This document shows, piece after piece, positions 46,241 to 57,207 of a stretch of DNA of 58,348 nt (its first letter is position 1; each line of letters opens with the position of its first letter). Made by a program: the position numbers and the translations under genes. Origin of the DNA: Chiloscyllium plagiosum (lineage: Eukaryota); the NCBI RefSeq assembly GCF_004010195.1, contig NW_025215008.1:1-58348 (forward strand). The letters are read 5' to 3'. Below the pieces are notes generated by a model that saw only the letters and a list, made by a program, of their open reading frames with translations, searched no databases and had not been told where the DNA came from.

Positions 46241-46313
46241 GGGCCAGGGCCGCAATGAATGTCACGACCCACGATAGATCAGGCGTTTGTAGGTTCTATT
46301 CCCACACAGCTTT
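46241..46313 (+). pseudogene. tRNA-Arg(ACG)-derived pseudogene, copy B
   Basis: GGGCCAGGGCCGCAATGAAT...GATCAGGCGTTTGTAGGTTCTATTCC; starts GGGCCAG like tRNA-Arg-ACG and sits at the position equivalent to copy A. Confidence 0.7.
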
Positions 46314-46801
46314 CATTTAATGTTGGCATTTATTACACTCACAAATTGATCTTCCTCACTGTTGAGAAGCCGAGTTGAGGTTTGAATGTCAGATCTGCAG
46401 AAACCTTCAGGAAAAGTCCACGAGAACATCAGAGTTAACGTCCCAGCATCATCAAAGGAGGCGCAGAAGAAATAGTCCGACACGCTGCTCAAGTGCACAT
46501 TTCCATTTCCCAATCCCACCCACGCAATCCATGTGGCTCCGGGGAATGGTAAGGAAACAAAATAATAGCCTAGTTTCAGCATTGAAAATCTTTCGAAATC
46601 TTTTTGGAAGCGGAATCAGAGGAGAGTAAATAGTGAACTGTTGGATGAAGCAGAGACTATCGGGACACCTTGTCTTCTTCAAGAGACTGCGACTTTGGCT
46701 TGGAGGCTTTCGGAAATATTATTGATCCGGTACATTGAAAGGACTCCCGCCCGAAATGTTCTGTTTTTTCTGTTGCCACTGCCAGGAACAAAAATACAAC
46801 A

Positions 46802-46873
46802 CTCCCTGAGCAGGAATCCAGACCAAGCTCCAGCGGTGAAAGGGCCGAATCCTCATCACTAAACCATCAAAAA
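46802..46873 (-). pseudogene. tRNA-Glu(TTC) pseudogene, copy B
   Basis: The minus strand TTTTTGATGGTTTAGTGATGAGGATTCGGCCCTTTCACCGCTGGAGCTTGGTCTGGATTCCTGCTCAGGGA aligns without gaps to tRNA-Glu-TTC (TCCCTGGTGGTCTAGTGGCTAGGATTCGGCGCTTTCACCGCCGCGGCCCGGGTTCGATTCCCGGTCAGGGA). The B box is mutated. Confidence 0.82.
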
Positions 46874-47029
46874 TCAGCACCACATCGTCTTCCGCGGGTC
46901 GAGTACCAGCCTTCAAGCTCCTTGTATGTGCTCTTGTCAGGACCAAACGCTTGACGAGCCTCATCCCATTTTCTATCACTTCCTTTTGTATGTCTTATCA
47001 TAACAAATTCACATCCGAATAACTGTGAA

Positions 47030-47412
47030 TGTTATGTGGGTTTCCACGCGTCTGACCTTGACAGACAGTGAATTGAGATTTACACACCCGCTGGCTGATC
47101 AAGTTTTACTGCACATTGACTCAATCCTTCCTGCCTCTTACTTTAAACCTATGCTGCCTGGGGGTCAATCACTCTTTCACTCCAACCATTTTATCTCTCA
47201 TTATTTTGTAAATCTCAACCATGTCTCCTCACAATTCCTCTGCTCTCAGAAAACAAAACAAACCCAGTCTGTCCAATCTCTCTTCATAACCGAAAGCCTC
47301 CAACCAGACAATATCCATGCAAAACGTCTTCTGCACCGTTTCCAGTGCAGTCAAAACCTGCAATAATATGAATTGCAGAACTGCACACAGTACTCTGGCT
47401 AGCTCTGAATGA
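47030..47412 (-). mobile_element. CR1 LINE ORF2 3' fragment inside duplicated block B
   Basis: CAGAACTGCACACAGTACTCTGG (reverse complement of EYCVQF); counterpart of 44055-44450. Confidence 0.8.
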
Positions 47413-47547
47413 ACAAATGAAATAAATGGTGAAATTGCTGCAGAAACTGGTATTTTCCCCAGAAAACGTGCACTTTGCTCAATACTGCACTGTGTCCTTT
47501 TCCTGAGCCTGATGCACCACTAATGTCTGCTCCATGTCAAACGGGAC

Positions 47548-47845
47548 AATTGCGATTAAAACACTGGTCCCTGAGGAAAACTAGTAGCCGTTGTTTGCCA
47601 ACCCCAAAAATAACCATTTCTTTACACCTACTGCTTTCCTTTCATGAGCCAATCATCTATACATGCTACTACATTACCAACGATGCCGTGCACTTTTTTC
47701 TATTGCAGCAGCCGTTTGTGCATCTTCTTGATCAATGTCACCTGGTTATTCAGATGCACCACATGCGCTGATTGTCCATTGGCTACCGCGGCCATAATGC
47801 CCTCAAAGAAATCCAGGTCTCACAATGTGTCACGTGAATATGTTC
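47548..47845 (-). mobile_element. CR1 LINE RT fragment
   Basis: AACACTGGTCCCTGAGG is the reverse complement of PQGPV (CR1 PQGSVL motif). AGCCAATCATCTATACATGCT (ACIDDWL) and CCTCAAAGAAATCCAG (LDFFE) follow in CR1 RT order. Confidence 0.7.
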
Positions 47846-47879
47846 AAACCGTTTCTCTGTCCGGAAAGAGAGCAAAAGG

Positions 47880-48186
47880 ATAATGTGGCACTTGTTACAA
47901 CTGAGAGGACAGTGCCCAATCCAGATAGTTCTGAACTTGACATTACTCACATGAGAAAGTTCATGAAACTTGGACTAAATTATTAATTTACCTTCCAGAT
48001 GGAAAAAAGGATGAGCTCATGGAGTTGCAACAATCGCTTGGAGAGATATATGGAATAAGCAGGGTACTAATCACGCGTCATGTCAAAACCAGAAATGTTG
48101 TTCCATTGAAGCAATCACCTTACAGACCCAAACTTCCAAAATGGACACAGCTTCAAAACGAGACGGCAAGCATGCTCACAGAATGT
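47880..48186 (+). mobile_element. Isolated Gypsy (Gmr1-like) pol fragment: linker and RT N-terminus
   Basis: ORF 48019..48267 begins ...HVKTRNVVPLKQSPYRPKLPKWTQLQNETASML, matching the gypsy RT N-terminal P(I/L)KQ.PYR motif; homologous to ~51320-51625. Confidence 0.72.
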
Positions 48187-48554
48187 TTAAATGTTGAGAA
48201 CAGCGACTCCAGCCCATGGCTGCCTCCATCCTGGGAAACCAGTGTGGTGTTTACTCTGTGCGGTTGACCAGGGCGTTGAGCTTACATTATTGTACCGTTG
48301 TGGATTTGTTCACAGCTGCCGCAGTTCTGTGCTTAGACTGAATACGCAGGTATATTTGGACGTTTCAATGAACACGATGACTGTCCTCCTGAGTTTCGTT
48401 CATAAACGTCAAATGCAGTGTGAAGTAATGCTGCACTAATACACTCCCAATTCTTGTGTAGAATATGGAATACTTACGAGCCGTAGCCTGTCACCAAACT
48501 TTAACCCCTTTCTTAATCAATGCACCATCTGGCTTTAAAATAACGTGCTATGGA

Positions 48555-48642
48555 CGAAGTACAGGGAAATGGATTTTTTCCATTTGGTAAACCATGGACG
48601 AAATGGGCCGAAGAGCCAGTTCCTGTGCTGTATTCTTCTTGC
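48555..48642 (+). mobile_element. CR1/SINE 3' tail
   Basis: CATGGACGAAATGGGCCGAAGAGCCAGTTCCTGTGCTGTATT is the typical CR1 3' terminal hairpin motif. Confidence 0.65.
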
Positions 48643-49349
48643 ACCTGTGAACGAGGCTCTATTCATTAAACTTGACCTTTCAGCATACGAGCCATGAATA
48701 GCGACCTTTTTCACCGTTTCTGTTTCTTATTGTCCCATCCTGCTAAGTTGTCCATCATCCCGGACCCAAGAAGATCGCCATTCCCTTTCCTTTTCTTCAA
48801 ATTCGAGCCTGTGTTGGCCGGTATTCGCCAAGGCCTGGATCAGTGTAACCAATTGTCTGCCTCTAAGGCGATCCCTCCTTCAAACCCCTTCCCATGCCAG
48901 TGCATTGATCTCCACAGTCGCTCTCTGAGAATCTACAGATTATCTCAAAATAGTCACGCTGATTCCGTGATGTTCATCACAAGAATTAGACGTTGGTTGA
49001 AACATCACTCAAATGGTTAACAAATATTGGATGAGTGTCGGATGACGTTGATACCACAGATGTAGGTGATGGGGTGACTCGTTTCAAGTCACGGCTGATG
49101 TGACTTTTCAATTGCACTGCATCGTTTAAAGTGTGTATTACTCGGAAATCATGACACGTCCTCGCACCATTTTGCAAAATTTGCAGTGTTTTCACCGCAG
49201 CGTTTTACGAAGATTTGTGGCTCACAAATCAGTTCTGCATTTTTCACAACTGTCTGCATTTTGACCCTGCCTTCCTTTTCCAGAAAGCTTGTTTTGTGAG
49301 GGTTATGGCTGGATCTGGCAGCATCCTGAAAACGAAAAAAATACATTAC

Positions 49350-52300
49350 TGCTGCAATGTATCACAATGGCAGTGAAGCAAACAAAAAGCGAAAATATGC
49401 ATTCTTTGAACTCTCACTGAGGATCAGCACTAATAGCTGTGGGGAGAAAATGTGGCATAAGAAGCTAAACGGTGCAATTGCTGAATCAGTAAAGAAAACT
49501 CCAAAAAAAAAAAGCTGAGGAGATTCAGGAGAGTGCACAGCCTCAGCAGTGGGTGCTTATGGAGTTAATACCTGATTTTTATTAAGGATTCGCCTCTGGG
49601 GGTAAAGTCTACTGAGAACGAACAGGGGGACTTGGACGAGAAGTTATCATTTTGAGAGATACAGCATCGAACCAGTGGCTGGTAGTAAGGGATCAACGCA
49701 TTTAAACTCTTACTGATTTGTTCCTCGAGAGTGTGCGAATTTATGGGATAGGTGGACAGGACTTTAGCCTTCCCTATGTAAGATCAGATTAGACTGTCAG
49801 CTGAAGACTGGGGAGTTTACAGTGGTAGTGTTTGACAGAGTGTGAGTTCCAGGAATTCAGTTTGTTCTTGGTAATGAGTTAGGAAGGTTCAAGGTGGGAG
49901 TGAGTCCCCTTTTTGTGGAGAAACCCAAGGAAGATCATGAAACCGAGGAGATAAAACGGAAGTAAACTGGTATTTTCCCAGATTGGGTATTAACCAGATC
50001 CAATATCAGAAGTCACCGCACGAGCAAAAACTAAAGATACAGTTGAATGAATTGTGGTTCAGATCGTGGACACGCTGTTTGATGTAATAGCGATAGACAA
50101 ACCTAAACACAGAGGGTCAGATATCTTCCATTCATATTCCGAGAAGGAGGCAGAGGATATTCCTGAGGATAATTATCTAAGGGATAAAATCCTTAAACGG
50201 AAATGGAGACCAGGGCAGTTTAGATGCAGAGGAGGAATACGCAGAAGTGAACCAGGTTGTGTAACCGATAGGATTTGGAGCGAAGGTGTTCCTGGCACCA
50301 CATGACCTAACTGTAGAAGGTCACCTCGAGGTACTAAAGACTCAAGTCCTTGTGTAAAATCATTTTCATTGGGTTAGAATGCACAAGGATGTGGTTATTT
50401 TTTTTCCATACGTGTCGTCATGCCAAATGGCAGTTTACCAGAGGCGATACAAAGACCAGCGCCTCTATTCAAAATCCCGCATTTGAAGTACATTTCACTC
50501 GGGTTTTATTGATTGCGTAGATCCCCTGCTGAGAACTGACAGTGGGAACCAATATTTGTTAACCATAATGGATGTAGTTCCATTACGGAGTATCAAGGCA
50601 AAAAGATTGGTAGAGGTGTAAGGGAAATTAGTTCACACGCCATGGGCAACCCAGATAGATTAAATTGTACCAAGGGTCTATATTACTGCGAGGCTGTTAA
50701 AAAGAGGTCATGGATAGCTTTGATATATAGCAGTTTAAATCAAGTTTGTATTAACCTGAATACCAGGGAGCTTTAGAAAGGTAGCCTCAGACATTGAAGA
50801 CCATGTTGAGAGCATACTGTCAGGATTACCTGAATAATTGAGACAAACGTATCTTATTCGTTTCGTTTGCCATTCGAGATGCCCAAACGACTCTACTCAC
50901 TTTGCAAACTTCGAGTTAATGTTCTGACATGAAGTGAAAGGCCCTTTGAAATTAATTGAAGAGAAATTGACTGGACCAAAGTAATGGATCTCACACTTAG
51001 ATGACGTATCAGAGGAGAGAGATACATTAAATCGTGTAGGGGAGTTAGTTAAACACCGAAAGAGGGTACAACCAACAGTGAAGTAGGTTGCAGATGAAAA
51101 CACTATGCCTCTAAGGTTTTCCCGGGCGATGGCGTATTACTGTTGATACCAGTGATAGGAGCTCTCTTCAAAGCCAGTTTTGTTGGCTCCTATCAAATTG
51201 AAGAAAGCTGAGTCAGCTGAACTATCCAGTAAAGATACCAGACAGAAAACAAAACTGTGTATTGAATGTGACGAGAGCATGTTGAAACCATAATATACAG
51301 GAGAGAAAGAACTGGAGGAACAGGTTTTAGTTACTGCCCCGCAGAGAGAGGAATCAAATTCAGGTTTTGTTGATTTTGATGTGCCTCAAACTAATGTTTA
51401 AAAAATGAATAAAGCTTGGAGGAGTGGGATAGGTTAGTAAACCATCTGTCGCAGGAGCAAAGAACCCAATTGAAAGGTTTGTCACGGCAGTATGAGGACA
51501 TATGTCGGAATCAAAGAGGAGGACTAATGCTATTGCTCAGGGAATGATGTTCCGATAAAAGAACATTCCTATTGGGTTAATCGTTTCAAACTCAGACAGG
51601 TCTTGAATGAGGCATGCTCAACGACGATGCCATTGAACAATGCCAGCGAGAGTGGAGTTCACTGATCGTCTGAGTTACCAAACCCGGACGTCATTCAGCG
51701 ATGTTGCTTGGATTATCAGAAGGTCAATACTGTAACAGAATTGGACATATGTGCAATACAGCGATTGGAGAATTGTGTTGAGAAAGTTGGACAAGTTAGT
51801 CAAATCACTAAGTTATACTTTCTGCGTGGTTATTAGCAGGTAACTTTACCAGAAACGGCGAAAGAAATTTCTGTGTTTGTAAACTCGAATGGGTTATATC
51901 AAACCACATTGATACACCCGCCACGTTCCACACCCTCATGAACAGAGTTGTGACGACGTTAATACACTGTGCAGTCTATTTAGGTGTTGTAAGTGCAGGA
52001 CAGACCACGCAATATAGATGGCAGAACTGTTGAATGACTACAAATGGCAAAACCGATAATAAACTTAAACAAAACTGAATTCGTGAAAGGAGAGATGACG
52101 TTCTTGCTCCATAACATCGGTCATGGAAGGTTAACCCCACGGAATGCAAGGACCAAGGCCATCAAGGAATTTCTTCAACCAATTTCGAAGAATGAAGTGC
52201 TTCGATTTTTGCAACTAAGCACATCCTGTCAGAAGATTCTTCAAAAATCTTGTGCAGTGACACAAATAACAGGTTTGATGAAGAAGAACAGAACATTAAG

Positions 52301-52745
52301 GTGGACATAACAATGCCCGGATGCATTTGCACCTTTAGAAGCAATATTAACCAGGACACCAGTTTTAGCTGCACAAAACCTTTCAAACCCTTCAACGTTG
52401 CCCTCGATGCTAATGACACAGGAGTTGGAGCTGCATTGATACAGGAAGGTAATGATGGAATTGAACAGCCAGTTGGTTACTTTTTCAGAGGAAACACTCT
52501 ACGATCGAAAAATAACCACTGTGCTTGGCATTGGCTTTGCAACATTTTAATGTGCACGTTATGTACAATTTGTCAGAGATGGTCCTGTTCATGGATCACA
52601 ATCTCCTGCCATTCTTGGAACGCTTTACAAACAAGAATATGAGAATGCTTCATTGGAGTCTCATGTAGCAGATATTTAATTTACAAATCCTAAATGCTGT
52701 GAGTCGTAAGAATATAAGTGCAGATGTGCTTTCACAAATTGAACT
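49350..52745 (+). mobile_element. Decayed Ty3/Gypsy LTR retrotransposon internal region with Gmr1-like order PR-IN-RT-RNaseH; 5'-truncated, many stops and frameshifts
   Basis: Protease ILRDTASNQ at ~49649 and IQFVLGNEL at ~49855. Integrase YLRDKILKRKWRP at ~50170, HD..VEGHLEV.KTQ at ~50300, IDCVDPLLRTDSGNQYLLTIMD at ~50508 and PEYQGALER at ~50755. RT PIKEHSY at ~51552, EWSSLIV, CLDYQKVNTVT at ~51705 and LRGY*Q. RNase H KPFNVALDANDTGVGAALIQEGNDGIEQPVGYF at ~52385. Confidence 0.9.
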
Positions 52746-52857
52746 GATAAAGTATACACATGTAGTTATATGTCTGTCATGGGAATGTGGTTAAGGAATA
52801 CAAAAAAAAGAAGCCACCTTTCCAACATGATGGTTCATTTTTTCTTTAGTGGAGGTT

Positions 52858-53735
52858 GGTAAAGTTATAAATATGTCCTGTAACGTTAATGGAGCTGACA
52901 CTTCTGACTTGCAAAGAGTGTTGTGAAAGATTTAACAATGTAACCATTTGGTTGTGAAACAAATACCTGGAGCAGCAGTGTCATGGTATACAACAAATTC
53001 ACATTCGCACAATCAGTTCAAATTATAGCCCAGAATCCAAAATCCAACCGAATTTGAATGTTACTCTTTTGTGTTACATCGTACCACTGAGTCGGTCCGA
53101 TTTTTTGTGGGTTCACCACCAGGACTTGAACAGTTTGGGTCTTGGATTTGTGATTTGAATACGTTTAGACAGATTCAGTCTGTGATTTGGACAGAGTTGT
53201 GTATATTTGCCTTGCAGATTAGTGCCCCAGATATTTAAAAGGAAAGTAGGTGAGATATTTTCTTTACTTTCTGTGACTTGTGGTTGTTTCAATTAAAGGT
53301 GAGAGAAGTGGCTCTTCAAATTTCGAAAGAGGTTTTGGGATTTGAAGATGATTCTCAAATTTGCCATGAATTTTTGAAGGAAAGAAAAATGTCATACTTT
53401 TCGAACAGAAAAGCGGAGCCAAACACCAACAGACTGCCAGCAGGATCATTCTCTGAAAGGTACTTGGCTGTCAGAAAATTGTGTAGCAGACAGAAGATGA
53501 CCTACAGGAAAATACACAGGAGGGTCGACACGGAAGACGACAACTGGCTTTGTAAATAGATTTTTCATAAATTTAAGAGTGAACTTTCATACCACTATTG
53601 TATAATGGCAAATTAAAAAAAAACAGGTTTAAGAGAAAGGAGTTGTATCAGGTCGTTGTCTAAAGTTCCCTTTTGGACTTAAACAATAATATTATTATTA
53701 TTTTCTTTAAATAGTTTTATTTGGGATAGCTCCAG
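52858..53735 (+). mobile_element. Probable 3' LTR of the Gypsy element
   Basis: Follows the end of pol and a TTCATTTTTTCTTT-AGTGGAGG polypurine-tract-like motif at ~52835-52858. No second LTR is present in the window, so boundaries are approximate. Confidence 0.5.
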
Positions 53736-53798
53736 GTCGTTGTCTAAAGTTCCCTTTTGGACTTAAACAATAATATTATTATTATTTTCTTTAAATAG
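53649..53798. repeat. Exact 66-bp direct repeat with 18-bp spacer
   Basis: 53649-53714 and 53733-53798 are identical (CAGGTCGTTGTCTAAAGTTCCC...TTTCTTTAAATAG). Confidence 0.97.
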
Positions 53799-54284
53799 AA
53801 ACTTAGCGTGTCTGGCAATAGCTACGTAATGAGAATACAGTAATATTTAGAGACGAATATGGGTCGTCTTAATTACTGATAGGAATCGAAGCATTAAGAT
53901 TTTTTTTAAAAAAAACAGTTGCAGATGTATGTATCTGTATGGAAAAAAAAAGCCCAAAGGGTGGATTACAACAGGAGAACGTATGACTTTGTGCCCAAAT
54001 CATAAGATAGAAAAGCGCTGAAAATGGTCAGAAAAAAAAGATTTGGAAAAGTAAATTACGCATAAATACGATATGTGAAAATGTGAAAATCTATCTGTTC
54101 TACTTGTAGCAATACAAAGCAGAAACGCCCAGACATGGCTATGTGGGGTTGACATCAACAGAAGTTGTACTGTGAAGTTACTCAGCTGAAAATTGAGTGA
54201 AAGATGAAAAGAGGTGCCTTAAAGAGAAAGCAACATATTTACCCTCAGCATGCCTTGAGCTTTCTCAACATTGTAATTTCAGGG

Positions 54285-54870
54285 TTGAAGAGCAAAGAAC
54301 TGTTCAGCACAGGAACAGGAATTCCCATGACTTCCCTGACACAAAATGCCTTTCGAGACAAAACTTACTTTGCCTCTACGTGCTCCGTATCACTCCATTC
54401 CTCGCCTGTTCATATATCTGGCACGATGCCTCCGAAACTTGGCCATTGTTTCCGCCTTCATCACTGCTCTGGATGTGCGTTCCGGACACTTAGCACCCTC
54501 TGGGTACGAGAGCGAAACCCGTGTCTCTCATCTCCTTTCATCTTAAGCATTCTCATCTTAAGCCTCTGTTCCCAAGTAATTGATATTTCAAACTTGGGAT
54601 GAAAAAAATCAAATTATTAATTAAACCAGTGCCCTCGTAATGTTCTAAGCTCTTCATGGATTGCCCGTCATCCTCCAAATTTCAATTCAATACAATCAAT
54701 GTATTTTTTCCAAATCTAACCCCATAGGTAATATATTGCTTAATGGACAACATTCTGATAAGTCAGCCATGCAGCCTCACCAAAACCTCCACGTCCCTGT
54801 CATCGTGTGACGTCAAGAACTGTCCTCAATATTCTAAATGTGTACGAACTAAAATTCTATAAATATGCAA
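54285..54870 (-). mobile_element. CR1 LINE 3' portion, decayed
   Basis: Begins with the reverse-complement tail CAAAGAACTGTTCAGCACAGGAACAGG and ends near AAGAACTGTCCTCAATATTCTAAATGTG (reverse complement of HLEY*GQF). Confidence 0.75.
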
Positions 54871-55170
54871 CAGTACTCGCCAAATTTTCCTCCATAGACA
54901 GTACTGTGCAAACCTCTATCATCGTGAAGGACAAATGCATCAAATACATTGAACCATCTGCAAAATCCCCTCCAAGTCATACATCACGAAGACGTGGAAG
55001 GAATTTGCTGCCACTTCACTGTAATTGCTTGACGACCAGGAGTAGTCCTTATCAAGCAGCTGCTTCTTTAGATGTCAAGTAAATGGTGAAACACGAAGAG
55101 AAAGAGGTACCCAACAGTTGAACAGAAGATTGTTGTCACAAGCTGTACAGATCAATGCGCCCTACACCAT

Positions 55171-55250
55171 ATGCCTGTTTGTTCTCAGATCAGTAAACCA
55201 CTCTCTTAGCATGCCTGTTTGTTCTCAGATCAGTAAACCACTCTCTTAGC
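55171..55250. repeat. Exact 40-bp tandem duplication
   Basis: ATGCCTGTTTGTTCTCAGATCAGTAAACCACTCTCTTAGC at 55171-55210 and 55211-55250. Confidence 0.98.
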
Positions 55251-55799
55251 TAACACAGATCATACATTTTTCCTCTCTATTTATCATAACTAAACTGTAC
55301 CTTTGTCAGGAACATTAACCTAAAATGACTGACCAGTTCTCAATCGCTTACTCTGGCTCCTTTTCTTGCTTCTCACCCACCACACTCACGCCTATTCCTC
55401 TGCTCCCATGTGCATCGAATCTCTAACTCTATAAAGGTGCCCTCCTTCTCTCCAGTGACACAGGAAAACCACAGCACCACATCGAGAGCTGTCCTTCAGA
55501 TGGCTGGCGCCTGTACATCGTGAGTGGTTGAGCACGACTATCTATCTCGCAGCCTTCTCCTGCTCGCTAAATCCAAGCTTCTTGCCTTCACCTACCCAGG
55601 TGGCATCGTGGCCCTTATAAATTTGGACCACACTCACCTCATACCCTGCAGCCTCAAGCACTGCTGCACCTACTGTCCAAGTCTCAGGCTGAACGAATGT
55701 AGAGAGGTTCATATAGACTGGAAAAGCATCAATTCTGAGGCCTTTTCTCTCCCACAGTTGCTGTTGTTGCTGCTGTTGATCTCATAGGAGAGAGATTTC

Positions 55800-56270
55800 C
55801 TTGAGTAAAGGAGCAACCCCTTGCAGAATCAATATCCGTATTTAGAATGACTATTAGGAGACTGTTTAGAACAACTTGGAATTGGACAGGATGATAAATA
55901 AGTAATGTCATCTTTGCGTCTAGTGCTTCAGATGGAAGTGTTTTTCCATCTGGGAGAGAAGTCCACATTCATTCCAGCCATTGGGCCAGTTGATGGACAA
56001 GTATTCCAAATGGTGACTTGCTTCCCGCATCCTGCTCAATACCTAACCTATTGCCTCCTCCGATGTGAACTGTTGGCTTGAGGTCAGGAGTCTTTTTCCG
56101 GTGAGAATTTTTTTCTTCATTCTAAGAAAATACCTGTGTCTATTCCAGTCATTGTTGAATATATCAAATATTCTCTCCTTTTCAAATATTCAGCCATGGC
56201 AGCCTTACACTTTCCCAAATGTTGATGCCCTGACAGAAAAAGAATTGGAAGTTTTGTTTTTGAAATTATT
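55800..56270 (-). mobile_element. Very old L1/Tx1-like RT remnant
   Basis: The minus strand has ..SKSPFG.. followed by GKTLPSEALDAKMTLL....LIVILNTDI, resembling L1-clade GKSPGPDG...G.LP.S...A.ITLIPK...RPISLLNTD. Confidence 0.4.
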
Positions 56271-56329
56271 AAATTCCCTATTCAACTTTCCTCCATGTCA
56301 TTGCAACTACTGTTAGTTCTGTAATTGAA

Positions 56330-57090
56330 TGGGAACTATAAACTGGTGAGCCTGACATGAGTTGTGAACAAGTTGTTGGAGGGAATCCTGAGTGACAGAC
56401 TTTGGATGTATTGTATTTGGAAAAGTGTGTATTTGGGAAAGCAAGTACTGATTCGGGATAGTTAACATGGCTTTGTGCGTGCGAAATAGAATCTGGCTAA
56501 CTTGATTGAATTTCTTGGAGAAGCAAAGAGCATTGATGAGGGCAGAGTGGTGTACATGATCTATTCACTTCGGGATAAGGTGTTCAACAAAGTTCCTAAT
56601 GGACTGGTTAGCAAGGATAGATCACACGAAATAGTAGGATAATTATTTGGATACAAAACTAGCTTGAATGTAGAAGACAAAGGAGAATAGATTTTCAGAC
56701 TGGAGGCCTGTGACCAATGACAAACCATAAGGATCAGTACTGGATTCACTTTTTTTCGTCATTTATATCAATGATTTGGATGTGAACATCGGAGATATTG
56801 GTCTTAAGTTTACAAATGCCACCAAACATTGGAGGTGTAGTGGAAAGCGAAGGTGGTTACCTCAGAATACAAGAATTTGATCAGACGGGCCAATGGGGCA
56901 AAGAGTGGCAGATGGAGTTTAATTTAGATAAATGTGAGGTGCTGCATTTTGGAAAGGCAAATAAGGATGGGACTTAATTACACCTAATGGAGAGGTCGTG
57001 GGGGGTGTTGCTGAACACAGAGGCCTCGGAGTGCAGTTTCATAGTTCCTTGAAAGTGGAATCACAGTTAGATAGGAGAATGAAGAAGGAC
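56330..57090 (+). mobile_element. CR1 LINE RT fragment
   Basis: GNYKLVSLT*VVNKLLEGILSDRL, HGFVR, FNKVP, P*GSVL, IYINDLD, KFTNATK (decayed KFADDTK), WQMEFNLDKCEVLHFG and LGVQFHSSLKV in CR1 order. Confidence 0.92.
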
Positions 57091-57207
57091 AATTTGAACC
57101 GAGCAGTCAGTTTTCATGTATATATCTCTATGACTCTATCAGATGTGACAAAGATGTTGAAATACACAGAGTTGTGTTTCCCCGCTCAGGTCACACACTG
57201 TCCGATT

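Larger units (their letters stand above)
45462..47535. repeat. Diverged ~2.1-kb duplicated block, copy B
   Basis: Colinear with 42500-44570. It carries an extra short internal duplication of the tRNA-Ile 3' end and flank at ~45602-45650. Confidence 0.93.

Noticed and set aside
42389..46873. Functional tRNA genes
   Set aside because: All eight relics have disrupted stems and/or B-box (GTTCRA) mutations and several have lost the anticodon, so they are reported as pseudogenes.
47770..47795. Minus-strand GGCCGCGGTAGCCAATGGACAA as a tRNA-Arg 5' end
   Set aside because: It lies inside a colinear CR1 RT fragment and the rest of the tRNA is absent.
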